Source: Raillietiella orientalis
Taxonomy: Eukaryota
Assembly (NCBI GenBank): GCA_036172245.1
Contig: JAYWIR010000114.1
Coordinates: 62,001 to 124,790, forward strand
Length of the DNA: 62,790 nucleotides
Reading direction: 5' to 3'
The notes under the pieces were generated by a model. It did not search any database and was not told the DNA's origin. It saw nothing but the letters and a program-made list of their open reading frames with translations. Shown in pieces: positions 1 through 13,510 of the stretch. How positions within the stretch are numbered: the stretch's first letter is position 1; each line of letters begins with the position of its first letter. The position numbers and the translations under genes were made by a program.

Positions 1-3000
1 AATGGAGCTGCCCGAGGGAGCGAACGTCGGCCATCGAGATATGCGCGTCAGTACGCGCTCTCAATTTGATGGACGGCGTACCTGAGATGGAAAGGTCACC
101 GGATCACATCTTCCTCGATGACAACCTGCACCCTCGTGTGGGAAGAAGAGGAAGATTGTCGTCCGTACTTTCTGATCATCACAGGTTGGAGTTCGAGCTC
201 CTTCCGCCAGGAAATGTGCCTCCGTTGAAAAACTGCAGGATGCCGGCGGACCGGCTTAGCCATCCGGAAACGGCGAATCATCTCCGTCAGTACCTCCGGA
301 CCTTCGTCATCCGCGAACTCGCGGACTGGGATCATTTAATAAGATCAGTCCGCGATTTCTGCGAACGGTTTCCCTTGCATTGGCTCCCGCGAGGCATTGG
401 AGAAGGGGTCGCCAACAGCAGGACTTTCCTGCAGGCGCGCACCTTTTCCAGACGCGCTGATGTCAGCCGGCTTGCGGAATACAAGGAGAGAGCCGAGCGC
501 CAGGTCTGGCAGTCTGGAGCATCTTGCTTGCTCGACGAAAAAGGCCTGGAATGCTCGGCACCAGCCCCTATCCGCCGCATAATAAAAAGTTATTACTCCT
601 CGCTATACGCGGAAGCACCAACGGAAATTATCTTTTCGGAGATACTGCTTTCCCAGGTTGCTGCCGTGGTTAGCGAAGAGGAACGCTCACGTCTCGACGA
701 GTCCTTCACGGAGGAGGAAATTTCCTCCCCAATAGCGAAGCTCAAGAGACGAAAAGCGCCAGGCGAGGATGGGCTGCCTGCGGAGTTTTATCAGTGCTTC
801 GCGGGGGAGCTCGTCCCCCTGGTGCATTGCCGCTCGACGCTGATGAGGGTATTGGGGGATGTCCGCAACTCCTTCCGCTCAGCGAGGGTGCGTCTCCTTC
901 CGAAAGGTGGAGACGCACGCCATTTAAACAACTGGCGTCCGGTCACTTTGGTGAACTCGGACGTCAAGTTGTTCTTCAAGATTGGATTGCGCGCCTAGGG
1001 AGAATAGCGCCGTCCTTGGTGAGCCCGGAGAAGACTTACGCTGTTCCCGGGAGATCCATGGACGCGAACCTCCTGATTGCACGCACCTGGATGCAGCTGC
1101 AGAAGCGCAGAGCGCAGCAAAGTCGATCCGTGACAAATGCCACTGCTAAAGGCACACGGTATCGACAGAAGCGGCAGGAGAATACGCCTGATGCTTTGGC
1201 GGTCGCAGTCGACCGGCACAAAGCGTTTGATTGCGTGAACCAAGGGCTCTTATTAGAGCTCTTCGAACGCCTGGGTCTTTCGGCGTATCTCTTGAAGTAC
1301 TTACGCGCTAACTGGCGCCACGCGCTAACCTGCATTTCTTTTAGCGCCTGCAACATGTACGGTATTCCCGTGCGCAAGGGCATCAGACAGGGTGACAGCT
1401 TAAGCCCGTCGCTCTTCAGCATCTTCTTCGAGCTGATGCTGAGGGTGTACAGACTGACGCTGGAGTACCTGCCTAGCTCCTGCCCGGGTACGCCTGCCGT
1501 GGCTGCCTATGCAGACGACCTGCTTCTTCTGCTCCCCGTGTCCACCCCGACGGCCAGTGTCGAAGATTTCTTCAAACTGATTCGTCGGGGAGCAGGCGTG
1601 AGTGTGAACCGGAAGAAGAGCGTGGTCGTACCTGTTGGAGCGTCGTGGGAGGGGCAGTCCGACTGGATCCGCCTAGGGATCCCAAAGGCAGGGTATTTCA
1701 AGTACCTTGGAGTTCCGCTGGGCGACCTCGGTTCTGCCGAGGCGTGGTCGGACTGCCTTTAAAAGGCAGAGTTGACAGCCAGCCCGTTCACTATATGCAA
1801 GTTCACCTTGCCGGAACGGGCAGCTATTTGAAACACCTCCGTGGTCTTCCTCCTTGGACCCCTGTTTTTTGTCTTTGACCCCCCCTGCGCGGCCAAGGAG
1901 CGGGCAAAACGCCTGCTAAGGAACGCACTCTGGAGTCCGGCGCGATTTAGGATCCGCCTGAAAGACCTCGCGGCTCCACGTCGGAATGCTGGTCTTGGCA
2001 TCTTTACGATGGAGAGAATCGAACTGCAAGTGCAGTTTCGGATGCTCGCACTGTGTGCTGAGCTATGGACTTCCCCCCTGTGTCCGACCGCGCGCATTTT
2101 TCTAAGGAAGTGTGCAGGCAGTGAAACACTTCTTTCCTTGGTGGCTGGCATGCGTCACAGGAAACAGGGATTTGGCTATCCTCTGAGGCAAATCGCCTCC
2201 CTATTGGAAGCCAATGCGTAAATTTCCTGCTGCCCGATGAACTACAATGCTTGGCGGTAGGAATCCATTGATTCTTGGGCTGTATCCTGAGGAATGAGCC
2301 GTGAAGATCGCCCCCTGCGTCGATTTCAACCTTGGTCCCTCCAAGATGTCATGCAGGAAGAGGTAAAGTTTTCCTCCCTGGCCACCACGATCCTCGCCGA
2401 AGCACTGTCTGCCCTCGAGGATCGAGATGACAGTAGCCAGCCATCGAAGTGGGAATTCTATTGCACCATTGCAGGAAGAACAAAACCAGTTGACGGATGG
2501 GCCACGAGCGAGCTTGCGGATGCCGCCACTCCTCGTGCAACACCAAAGGGATTACTTCGGTGGGGAGAAGCACTAGGTGTTGCCCCCGAGGAACTTACAA
2601 TCCCTCCTTGGTGTTTGGACGGTTCGGTGTTTCCCCTTGCATGGAAGCAAGACGTCTTGCTCTTCTTGCACTGGGGCTTGCGCTACAACGAGCGGCGCCA
2701 CAGAGTTTGCGGTGGGGGGCTTCTCTATACTGTGCCCGGTGCGGAGCGACGGAGTCGTTCCCGCACCTTGTTATGGACTGCAGTGCCCTCCAGGAACTGT
2801 GGAGGAGGCTAGCAGCAGCTCTCCCGTCACCAGGAGACACCGCTCGAGAAGTCCTGCGACGGTTCTTCCAGACACAAGGACTTTCGATGGCTGCGACGAT
2901 TTCCACTTTTGGTTGCATCCGCGCCATCGTCACGGTCCGAGACGTGCTGGAGAACACTGGACAGCAATGTTGTGTCACCAGGAAAGCAGCTGACTTCATC

Positions 3001-3416
3001 AGGTCGGCAGCTGGATGGCGACAATTATGGAAAGACACAACGGAGGAGCTAACCGTTATCCATCGCCGGATGAGAAACGGCTTAGAACGACGATCCGGGT
3101 GATCCGCCCTCATTTTATTTTCAATTGATTTTTTTTTGTTCTCTCATCCTTCTCCCTATACGCTCTGCAGAGGTTTTAATGCTGAAACTTATGAGTTTCC
3201 CGGTGACTGCGGAGCGTCGCCAAAGTTCTCTGGCCCACTCCTCCAGTTATACAGATTTTTTTTTTTTGACTCCCCTCAGTCGTCTGTGTTCTTCCGTTTT
3301 CCTGGCCTGCGTGCCAGTGGTGAATCTCCGCTGCATGTCTACATAGTCGTGGGCTGGAAACAACTGTTTCTAGCCCGTTTATATAAATGAACGTCCCGGC
3401 GTGACCGGGTAAAAAA
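1..3416 (+). mobile_element. Degenerate L1/Tx1-like non-LTR retrotransposon, family C copy 1 (ORF2 remnant + 3' UTR; runs off window start)
   Basis: Frameshifted ORFs 66-3102 carry APE C-terminal motifs (PDHIFLD, LSDHH), RT motifs (APGEDG, NWRPVTLVNSD, DRHKAFD, GIRQGDSLSP, YADD, KYLG) and a C-terminal CARC...HLVMDC zinc finger. The T-rich 3' UTR ends in a hairpin plus A6 at 3411-3416. Confidence 0.9.
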
Positions 3417-6400
3417 TTTCAACGTTCGCCTGAAACCAGTTGGGCAGAATCACGAGCGTGACCTGGTCAACCAGGTGTGTAAAGCGGTGCACACCAGTAA
3501 TTTGTTCGCCATTGCACCGGGGATGAAGGACAGTATCGACCACGTGTTCTTTGATCAGCACCTGTGCCCTCGCGTGGGCAGGCGCGGCAGGTAACCGTGC
3601 GAGCTGTCTGACCATCGCCCGATAGTTCTCGATATTCATCCGCGCGACAGGGGCCCCCCTCGTCAGCATGGCGTCTCCCATGCGCGGTGGAACATCTCCG
3701 CACGTTCATACGAAGCTTCAGGCTGCGGACACTCCAGGATTGGAACCGCTTCAAGCGGTCGGTCCAGGATTTCTGCGACCAGTTGCCTCTGCACCGCCTT
3801 CTTACGGCTCTCAGGACCGGGGTCCGTTACAAACGAGCCTATCTGCAGGCCAGTCGTTACGCCAGGACCCATGACATTCTAAGGCTGGCGGAGTACAAAG
3901 CGGGAGCAGAAAGGCAAGCCTGGCAGTCCGGATCGGCCAGCTTACTGGACGATCAGGTCCAGGAGCACTCGACACCCGCCCAAATCCGCAGCCTGCTGCG
4001 GAGATACTACTCCTTCCTGTATGCCAGGGCACCTCTAAAGAGGAAGGTTTTACGACTCCTGCTTCCGGAAGGTGCTCTAGCGATCGGAGAGGAGGAGATA
4101 AATACCCTCGACGAGCCTTTCACGATGGAGGAGATCCTCTCGGCCATCGGAAAGCTCAAAAGGCGCAAGGCTCTAGGGGAGGACGGCCTGCCCGCGGAGT
4201 TTCATCAAATTTTCGCTGCAGAGCTTACTCCCCTGGTACATCAGCTCACCTTGCTGATCCGTAAAACAGGTGACGTTTCCACCTGGTTTCTTTCAGCAAA
4301 TTTGCGGCTCCTACCAAAGGGAGAAGACCTGAGGAGCATCAACAACTGGCGTCCCATCACAATAGTGAATGCGGACGCCAAGTTGCTAGCCAAGCTGTGA
4401 GCAGAGCGTCTGGGACGGGTTGGCAGCATCTTCATCAGCCCGCAACAGACATATGCTGTTCCCTGGAGAAGCATGGAGGCGAACTTGTTCCACGCTTCCA
4501 CATGGTTAGAGCTCCACCAAGGAACCGGCTTATTCAACAGACGGAATTCCTGTGCGTCCGCTCGTGGGAGACAATAAGGTCGGGTGGGGAAGGGAGCCCT
4601 TGCGGTCGCTGTCGACTTGCAGAAAGCATTCGACATTGTCGATCAGAATCTCCTGCTGGAGCTTCTGGAACGCTTGGGCTTCCCGGCCTCTTTGTTGGCC
4701 TACCTGCGTTCCAGCTGGCGCGACGCGCTCATTAATGTTTTTTTCAGCGGGCATAACGTGCACGGCGTACCGGTGCGACGCGGCATACGGCAGGGAGACA
4801 GCCTGAGCCTTCTGCTCTTTAGCCCCTTTTTCGAATTGGTGCTGAGAGCGTAGAGGGAGACTCTGGCGCACCTGCCACGTGATTGTCTCGGTACGTCTGC
4901 GGTTTCGCCATACGCGAATGATCTTCTGCTGCTGCTCCCTATGTACACCTTGGCTTCGGCGGTCGAGGAGTTCTTCGACCTGCTGCATCGGGGAACCGGA
5001 CTTACGTTGAACAGGGCGAAGTCGTCCTTAATGCCAGTCGTAGCGGCGTGGGCAGGGCAGCAGGACTGGGTCCGTTTGGGGATCTCCACGGTGAGGTACT
5101 TCAAGTACCTTGGTGTGCCGTTGGGGGACTATTCCCCTGCGGAACCGTGGTCCGGCTGCCTTCAGAAGGCTCAGGAGGCGATCGGCCCGTTCCAGGACGG
5201 GAGGTTTTACCTGCCGGAACGGACCGCGGCGTGGAACGCGTTTTTGGCCCCCCTCCTACGCCCCTTGCTTTTTGTTTGCCCTCCCTCAGCGGAATCAAGG
5301 AATAGGACGAAGGACCTTCTGAGGATAGCCCTTTGGGGCAGAGAGAGGCCCCGAGTCCTTCTCGCGGACTTGTGCCCTCCGCGTCGGGTGGATGGTCTGG
5401 GCCTCCTGACGCTGGAGCGGCTGGAGCTTCAGTTCCAGTTCCGGATAATTGCCTTTATGGCAAAGAACTGGTGCACCCCCTGGTGCGTTTCTGCACGCCT
5501 CCTCGTCGAGCAGGCCACCGGCAACGCGGGACTCTCGTCCTACTTTGCACTCGGAAGGCCGATCTGCCACTGCGGAATTCAGCTTCAAAGGGCGGCCAAA
5601 CTCGTCAAAAAGAACGCGGGATCCATCTTCGTACGCGCCGCAAACGGTCCTGCCTGGCTACAGAAAACCGTTGGAACGTGGGTGATGACTCAGGAGCAGA
5701 ACCCACAACTGGAGCGAATAGCTGTTCGGGCCGCGCGCCCACCGCACGCTCCGAGAAATCGTCGAGGATCCCCGAAGGAGAGCGTGGGAAGAAAGAACCT
5801 TCCATGCTGCGGTACTGCCTACTTCAAGGGAACATCTCGGCAGCAACGTCGCGGCACAATGGGAGGTTACCTTTAACTTCGCACGCAGGGAAAAGAAGAT
5901 TGGGGATTGAAGAACGGGTCAGCTGACCATCGCTGCGACCCCGAAGACCACCCCACACGAACTGCTGCGCTGAGTCGAGCTACTGGATGTTCCGGGGAAA
6001 CATCTCGAGTGGCCCGCGGCGCTCATGGACTCGCGCACCCTCCCCATGGAGTAGCAACAGTCGGCACTGCTGGTGTTGCATTGGGGTCTTCCCTGCAACT
6101 CCCGCCGACACCACTGGACGGGGAAGGTGTCAATCATAATTGTTTCAGGTGCGGGGAGAGGGAATACCTCCCCCACCTGTTAGTGGAATGCGTTGCCCTC
6201 CGTCCCTTGTGGGAACACTTTGCCGCGGCCCTGGGTATCCCCGGAGGTAACCTTAGAGACGCTTTGCGCCCCTTCTTCGTCCGAGACGCCCTGCCTCCGG
6301 CGGCCTCGCTTGCAGCCCTGTGCTGCCTATGCGGGATCGTCGTGGCCTGGAGGAAAGCGACGGGAGGGTCCAGAGACAGGGATGCCTCCGTGTACGCCGC

Positions 6401-6716
6401 CCGTTTTCTGAGGATGGCGACGCGATGGCCCCATCTGAAATCCACCATTCAGCAACAGCTTGCCAGCATCCTCCAAAGGATGACGGACCCTCCCAGCAGA
6501 CAGTGATCCCTTTTCGCTTCCTCTTTGATTTCAGTTTATTTTTTGTTTTCTTTTTCTTTGATTCCCCCTCCCTTCTTCTGCCGAGGTCGACCGCGCCGGT
6601 GTATGCACCGGTAGCCCGGCAGGCTGAATGTTTCCAGGGCGTGGCTGGACTACTGGTCCAGTCACAGGTTGTATAAGTTTATTTGAAAAAACAAACGTCT
6701 TGGGGAACCGGGTTTC
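3417..6716 (+). mobile_element. Degenerate 5'-truncated L1/Tx1-like element, family C copy 2
   Basis: Begins in the endonuclease C-terminus (SIDHVFF...LSDHRP near 3530-3620). RT motifs NWRPITIVNAD, DLQKAFD, GIRQGDSLS, YAND, KYLG. Zinc finger CFRC...HLLVEC. Stop at 6506, then a T-rich 3' UTR. Confidence 0.9.
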
Positions 6717-8315
6717 AATTCAAGCGCGGGGTCCGACTGTCTCTAAAAGGTTGAGACGGCGATCGGACCGTTCCTGTAAGGCAAGTTTCACTTGCCGGAA
6801 CGGGCCGCGGTATGGGAGACCTTTGCGGCCCCCCCCATTCTTCGCCCCTTGCCTTTTGTTTGACTGCCTTCGTGGAATGCAAAAAGAGGACCAAGGACCT
6901 CCTCCGCATCGCTCTCTGGTGTAGCGGGAGGCCTCGTGTTCCTCTGAAGGACTTATGCGCTCCGCATCGGGGCGGCGGTTTTAGCCTCCTGACGCTGGAG
7001 CGCGTTTAGAAGCAGCTGCGATGGCGAACCTTTGCCTTCGCAGCGAAGATGTGGAGCACCCCTTGGTGCATTCCCGCCCACCTCCTGGTCAGCCGTGTGT
7101 CCCGGTGCGATGGACTCGCGTCTTTTCTTCTAATCCGAGGCCCGAAGATGCGAAGATGCGGCCTCCTACTCAAGCTCATGGCAACCTTGGGCAGAGGGAA
7201 CAACTGGATGGTTTTCTGCACCCCTACCTCCCCTACCTGGCTGGAGGAAAACATTGCAACGTGGGCAGTCGTGAGCCGGAGGAGCCATGAAACGTGAAAT
7301 CGTCTCCGATGGAGCCCCTACGCCCGCTGCACGCTGCGGAATCTTCTGGAGAGTCCAGTTGGAAGCACTTGGGCGGAGACAACCTACGGCGATGCCCTTC
7401 CCGAGAAGGGCGCTTCACAGCAGCCGCACACTGAAGTGGAAAGTCTCCTGCTGCATCGCGGGACGGGAGAAATAAATGAGCGACTGGACCGTGGGTGAAC
7501 TGGCGGATGCCAAGACCACGAGCGTACAGCCGCGTTGAATATTGAGATGGGGCGAGCTGCTTGATATCCCCAGGAATAAGCTGAAGTGGCCCACAATCTT
7601 AAGAGAATCCAGGATTCTGCCCCTTAAGTAGCAAGAGTCGGCGTTGCTCCTGTTGCACTGAGGTCTACCCTGCAACACGCGCCGATTCCACTGGACGAAA
7701 GGAGCGGTGGATCCTGCGTGTGACAGGTGCGGAGAGCGGGAATCGCTCCCTCACCTTGTTGTGGATTATGCAGCCCTCTGACCCCTATGGGAACGGTTTG
7801 GAACGACCCTCGGGCTTCCAATAAGCAGCGAGCCCACAGAAGTTTTCCGGCTGCTCTTTGTGCGGTACGCCCTGCAGCCAGCCCCTGCCCTCGCAGCCCT
7901 CTGTTACGTCCGAGGGATCGTGGCGGCTTGGATCGACGCCATCAGCGAAGATCTGGTTACGAAAGAGAGAGAACTAATCCCATATGCTGTGAGCTTCATG
8001 AGAACAGTTGCGAGATGGTTCCAACTGTGAAATATGCAGACGTACCTCAGGGACATCCTTCGAAGGATGGGCCCTCCTAACAGCGCTCAGTTATCCCTTC
8101 CCTGCCCACCAACTCTTTTTTTTGTTTGTTTATTCTTTATTTTTCTTTTAGAAAAATTAAGAAAAGTTTTGTTTTTCCCCCATACCCTTTCGCCGCCGGG
8201 GAGTGCCACGCCTCGCTGCGTCCCGGCGTCCCGGTAGGTCCTCTGTCCCGTGGTGCGGCCTTGTACCACGGATTGCATAGTTCTTCAATAAACGCCTCGC
8301 GCGTACCCGGGTGGC
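6717..8315 (+). mobile_element. Heavily decayed 5'-truncated family C copy 3 (post-RT region + 3' UTR)
   Basis: RTKDLLRIALW..RPRV.L.DLC.P...G...LLTLER and W.TPWC match copy 2. T-rich 3' UTR, AATAAA at 8287-8292 and terminal ...CCGGGT. Confidence 0.8.
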
Positions 8316-8379
8316 AACACCAAATCCCACGGTGAGCGGATGTGTTTTTCCGGCGCTACCGAAAGAGTCGTTGCAAAGC

Positions 8380-10503
8380 GCAACTGCGGAAGGACCTGCC
8401 GGCAGGCCCTGACAATGTATCCATTACGCACTATTAGCGGTACCTGCAAGCCTACCTGCGCTTCTTCCATCAGTTCACCCTCTGCATTCGTGAAGAAGGA
8501 AGACTACCCGAGTCCTTCTACGAGAGTAGGATGAGACTGTTGCCGAAAGGGGGAGACCTAGCACAGGTCTCTCAATGGAGGCCAATCTCTGTCCTGAACT
8601 CCGATGCCAAGTGGTTGGCGAAGATATGGTCCAACCGCTTCGGCAAGGTTATGACGAAGCTAATCTCCCTGGTCCAAACATGTGCGGTGCCCGGACGCCA
8701 CATGTTGGACAATGTCAAGTGTGCCCAGGCCATCGTGGGACTTAGCCTGCACGTCGGCGAGAATCTGGTGCTGGTGTTCACTGACATCCAGAAGGCTTTC
8801 GACTCCATAGACCATGGAATGCTGCTGAAGATTCTGGACAAGCTGGGCCTTCCTGATTACTTCATCAACTTCGTGAAGATGGTACACCAGAACCAGCACT
8901 GCCGCATTAAAATCAACGGCCAGTAGACGGCAGCAATCAGGATGGAACGAGGAGTCCTGCAGGGCGACTCGATAAGTCCGATGCTGTTCGTCATCTACAT
9001 GGAGGCAGTGTCATCGTTTATCGAGAAGAGCGGTCGGCTCCAAGGCATAACCATTGACAGCTAGCGACTCACCCATCTGGCGTATGCTGATAACCTCCTC
9101 ATTCTCAACAAAGAAGAAAGAAATCAGCAAGCGTTTCTAGATGTGCTGGAGATTATGGAGGAAGGACTGGACCTTAAGATCAACGCCGAGAAGAGCCAGC
9201 TCTTACCCGTTGGAATACTAGATCTCTCCGCTCTCACGGGGAGAGGATTCCGAACGGTGGACGTAGCTAAATACCTGGGAGTCTACATTGGCGACGACTC
9301 GGCGTCGAAACTATTGTGGACGGAAATCCTAGGGAAAACGGCCAAACAAGCAGCAACCCGACTGGACCATGGGATGAAGACAAAGAGCAACTTATGGGAT
9401 AGAGTACTCCTACCTAAGGTGCTCTTTGGAGCGGCTTTTGCGAAAGTCAAGAGGCACACCTCAATGGAGCAGGAAAAACTGCAGAGGAAAACACTTTGGG
9501 AACACTATCGCCCAAGAGTACGTTTAAAACCCCTGTGTCCTCCCAGGGTAGAAGGAGGCTCCGGGATGAAGTCGCTTGCACATTCCATGAAAATCATGGA
9601 TTCGCGACACATCCTGGATATCGCCATCCACTTGGATGACTGGCCATACTCGGCACATAGGGCCTACGCGTTGTTTTAAAACAATGAAAAAGGCTTGATG
9701 ACTGCGCTGCTAGGCCGAGCAGGAGAGTGGATCAACATCGACCCGACCTGGAGGAGAAAGCAACGGCTGGTGCGAAAGCACAAGATGAAGATCGTGCCAA
9801 GAAGCAGGGAACTCTGGCAGGAGGAATCCATCCTGGTGATTCCTTGGAAGCTTCCGGTCCCTCCGGACACGAGAAGCTGGATCTACCAGCGGCCCAGAGT
9901 TACCCTGCAGCGAATCCAGGAGTGGAGACGAGGATGCTACCTACATCATACGCGTGTACTTTGGTACATGGATATCGTGTTATGCAGGTTTACCCACATG
10001 ACTCGCGAAGTGTGGATTAACCACAACGACATCATGTGGTCAAGGGTGACCAAAATGAACCTCCGGAGATTAATTAAAGAAGAGGAACGCGACACCATTG
10101 CCCTCCAAGAAGACGCCGATGGCTACGGGAGAGATCGTATCAACCTGCTGGCGATCGGCACGACGCTCTGGAGGAGTGACCTTCCGCCGGACACCCAGGA
10201 CAACCTCCTGATGTTTTGTCATGGAGGAATCCTGAGCGGTTGTAGACTACAGCACTTCACGAGAAGGGAAGACCAAGACTGCTTGGCATGTGGACAAGAT
10301 TACACATGTTGACGTGTCCCACATTGCTACACCACTGGCTGATCCTCAAAAGGATCATTGGAGTCACCACCAGCTCCGACATGGAGATCCTCGCCGGGAT
10401 GTTTCAGGGGGATGGTAATGTTCCCTGTTACAATCCCATGGTGAGAACGACCATTGCCCTCTTCAACACCGCCATACTTGTGCGGTGGTGGAACATGAGG
10501 AAA
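8380..10503 (+). mobile_element. Internal ORF2 fragment of a family A-like element, inverted relative to the main array
   Basis: QWRPISVLNSDAKWLAKIW, QTCAVPGR, DIQKAFD, KYLG, LWRSDLPPDTQDNLL and CYNPMVRTTIALF align with array family A ORF2. Multiple stops; both ends missing. Confidence 0.9.
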
Positions 10504-13118
10504 CCTGTAATTGAAGTTCATTTTGGCATGATGCGCCTTTGGATTCAAGTGGAATTTGCCTGTTCTCTCCTTGTCGCTTAAACTGAAATGCCCGATTGCT
10601 AATCAGGCGATTAAGACCACTAACCATACAGAGTTTCTTTCAATTTGCAAGCAACCCTTGATTTAGCTCGAAGTATATTCTGTTTCGGAGAGATGAAGAC
10701 ACATGCTCAGTATGTCTTCATTCCTGATATGGAAGGCAGTGTTTTTAGTACGGAGATGATACGCTCAATCTTGTAAGAAGGGTTCTTACGCCCTGATTTT
10801 CGGGATATTTTCGTATGTGTGTAATGGAATGTCACAGGTTTTGTTCATGACACGTGCTTCAAATATCAAGCGAACAACCCCCGCTCGCGATTTTCCTTTC
10901 GAAATAACTGTACTTCCACGGACACCAAATGCCTTGGTTCAGATTGAACACGTTCGTTTTCCGGATGCATGACGAGGACTGGGACGTTATGGTGTTATTT
11001 TGTTGAAATGGGTGGCACTGTACGAAATACGTAGAACAAATGATTTCCAGATGAAGAATCCGGAAATCAAGCGTTTAACTATTGCGTTTCCCTTGGAACC
11101 AGAGTTTCAGACAAAGTTATTCTCCAAAGGGTTGAAGAACAAATCGTTCATATCGAATCTTTGGTTGAAGTGCTCATCCGAAACGAAGAAAGTTCCTTTG
11201 ACTTGGAATTTTGTTGTTTACATTTAGTACGATCACCTTCCAGTACATGAAATGTTGTGTGCAGTCTGTGTTCACTGTGTAACTAAGGAAACCATGTTCC
11301 TGAATCCAGATTTAGAATTTTTCTTTGAGCTTGATTCTGAAATTGGGCTGATCTCAGTTGGTCTCACCCTTGGAAGCAAATGCAAATCACCTGTGATCTC
11401 GCTTTTTTTGTTGATCAGATAGTCAGAAACGACTTTTGCGATGAGCACCAACTTTTAAATAATGCTTCAGGCAGTGTTCTATCCCATCGTATGCATGCAA
11501 GCCCATGTGTTTCGAGATACATGCAGTGTTCGCGGAAGTTTGCCTGTTTTCTGGTGAAATGGAAAAGGATCTTTCATACACAAGGTAGGATTCGTTGATT
11601 CCCTTGATCTGCGATTAATCACACTTTATTGCTGTATTCCTCTTTGAATTTAAATCTAATTCACGGAGAGATAATAATTTAATCTAATCTTATTCAAGTA
11701 GCCAAAAATCCTAAATCGGCTTCGCTACATTGGAATCCAAATAATTCCCCCTCCACTGAATTCCAATCTTTGTTCTACTTGTTTATTCTTACAAAAATTT
11801 GATATTTAAATTCTGCCTGTTGTAGTGGATCAGCAACTAGTTTGAGTATTTGATCACAATTGACAAACTGTTCTAACGTTTTTTTTCATTATGGGTAGCA
11901 AGAACACAGTGCGGTGGTCTGGTTACAAATGTAACGAACACGTGAAGAAATAGCAGTAGCTTAATAGCAGAAATCTCACGTGATCAACAATGGCTTCTCA
12001 GCTTGCATTTTATGTTTGTACTATTGAATCAAAGATTAAATGACATTGAGTGATTTAATAATAATAGTTTCATTAAATGCAAGCTGACATGAATGCACAT
12101 TGATAAATTCCTAGGTATGAAAATCTAGAGTGTGTTTCTTCGAAGAATGGCGGATTTTGAAAGGCATCGAGCGGGATTCCATTAACCACTGTTGGCAACC
12201 TTGCGTGCGCATGTGTGCGTTCGCCATGCTTTCTGAGAGCGCGGGCGGAACAATTTTCGCGAGGTTAAAGCAAAGGTTAGAGTGACTCGGGTTTCTTCTT
12301 CGGAAATACCGCGTCATTCATGTGCCGTGTAAGCTAGGTATTCCGCATCATTTGGCAGCATGTGGATTTTGTGGGATTGGATTACTTAGTACATTAGTGC
12401 TCTGCGAGTGTCTGATATTAAAGTTGCACAATATTGGCTATGCATCCCCTGGATTAGTGCGAAATTTCAAGCATGCATATTCGCAAATCAAACCGGGAGA
12501 GGAAAAAAGAAGAGCTTCTGAATGTAGCTGTGAGATTTACGGAAGAAACTGATGAAGACTCGCAGGTTTGTGAAAAAAGTTTAATTGGTATTACGTAATT
12601 TCATCATATTCCTTATTTCAAAACGAATCAGCAGGATCAACAGTACTCGTACACCATACATGTGAATGTTGCCAGTACATTGCTTAATTGGTTACCAGGA
12701 AATCACTTGATGTAGTGCTTTTGAGTAGTATCTCCCGAAAGAATGCACTCCTAAGATGGATTGTTTTGTTTTAGTCGTTTTGTTCCATTTTTTTGCCAAG
12801 GATTTTGTGACTTGGAAACCTTTCTGTGTCTGTAGAATTAGGCAGATTACGATAACCAAAATCTGTGCGAACTGAAATTCAGTTGAACACAGAATCTTTT
12901 GTATACTTTTATAAGACGTGGGTAAATGATTGCTATTAAGGAATATTTGAACCAGCAAAATAGTAATTTTGCTGGTTTAACGTTTTATAGCTCCATGATT
13001 GTTTCAGTGCATTTTGATAAGATCATTATAAAAAGAAATAAAATCTCAAACAAGTAAGACTGAATTACACGAGGATTTGTGAAAGTGAGAAATCCTCTTT
13101 TAATGTGGGTACTCAGTT

Positions 13119-13162
13119 CTTCCAACTCAGCAAGGACTCAGAATTCCTTGCTGAGTTGGAAG
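13119..13162. repeat. Perfect inverted repeat, 18-bp arms, 8-nt loop
   Basis: CTTCCAACTCAGCAAGGA-ctcagaat-TCCTTGCTGAGTTGGAAG. Confidence 0.95.
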
Positions 13163-13457
13163 TAGAGTTAGGAGAAGTATGTAAAGGGTAAAAACAAAAA
13201 GATAAGAGGGTAAAGAGGGTAACTGACATGCCTAATGAACTCTGTATAGACTGGGTACTACTGTGGTTTGTGATAAAAAGGTACAACAAGTAAATTCTGG
13301 TATTTGTAATTTACTTTTGGCATTCTGGTATTCATGTTAAGTTAATGTATAATCCAGCAGGTTTTGGATATTAGAGTGACTGCCTGTGTTTGAAGATGCC
13401 AATGCAAAGAAAATGCTGAGAAATTCCAATATGGAATTGTTGATGAACTGAAGAATT

Positions 13458-13510
13458 TTCAATTTCCACACTGAAGATGTGGCAACCACATCTTCAGTGT
13501 GGAAATTGAA
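13458..13510. repeat. Perfect inverted repeat, 25-bp arms, 3-nt loop
   Basis: TTCAATTTCCACACTGAAGATGTGG-caa-CCACATCTTCAGTGTGGAAATTGAA. Confidence 0.95.
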
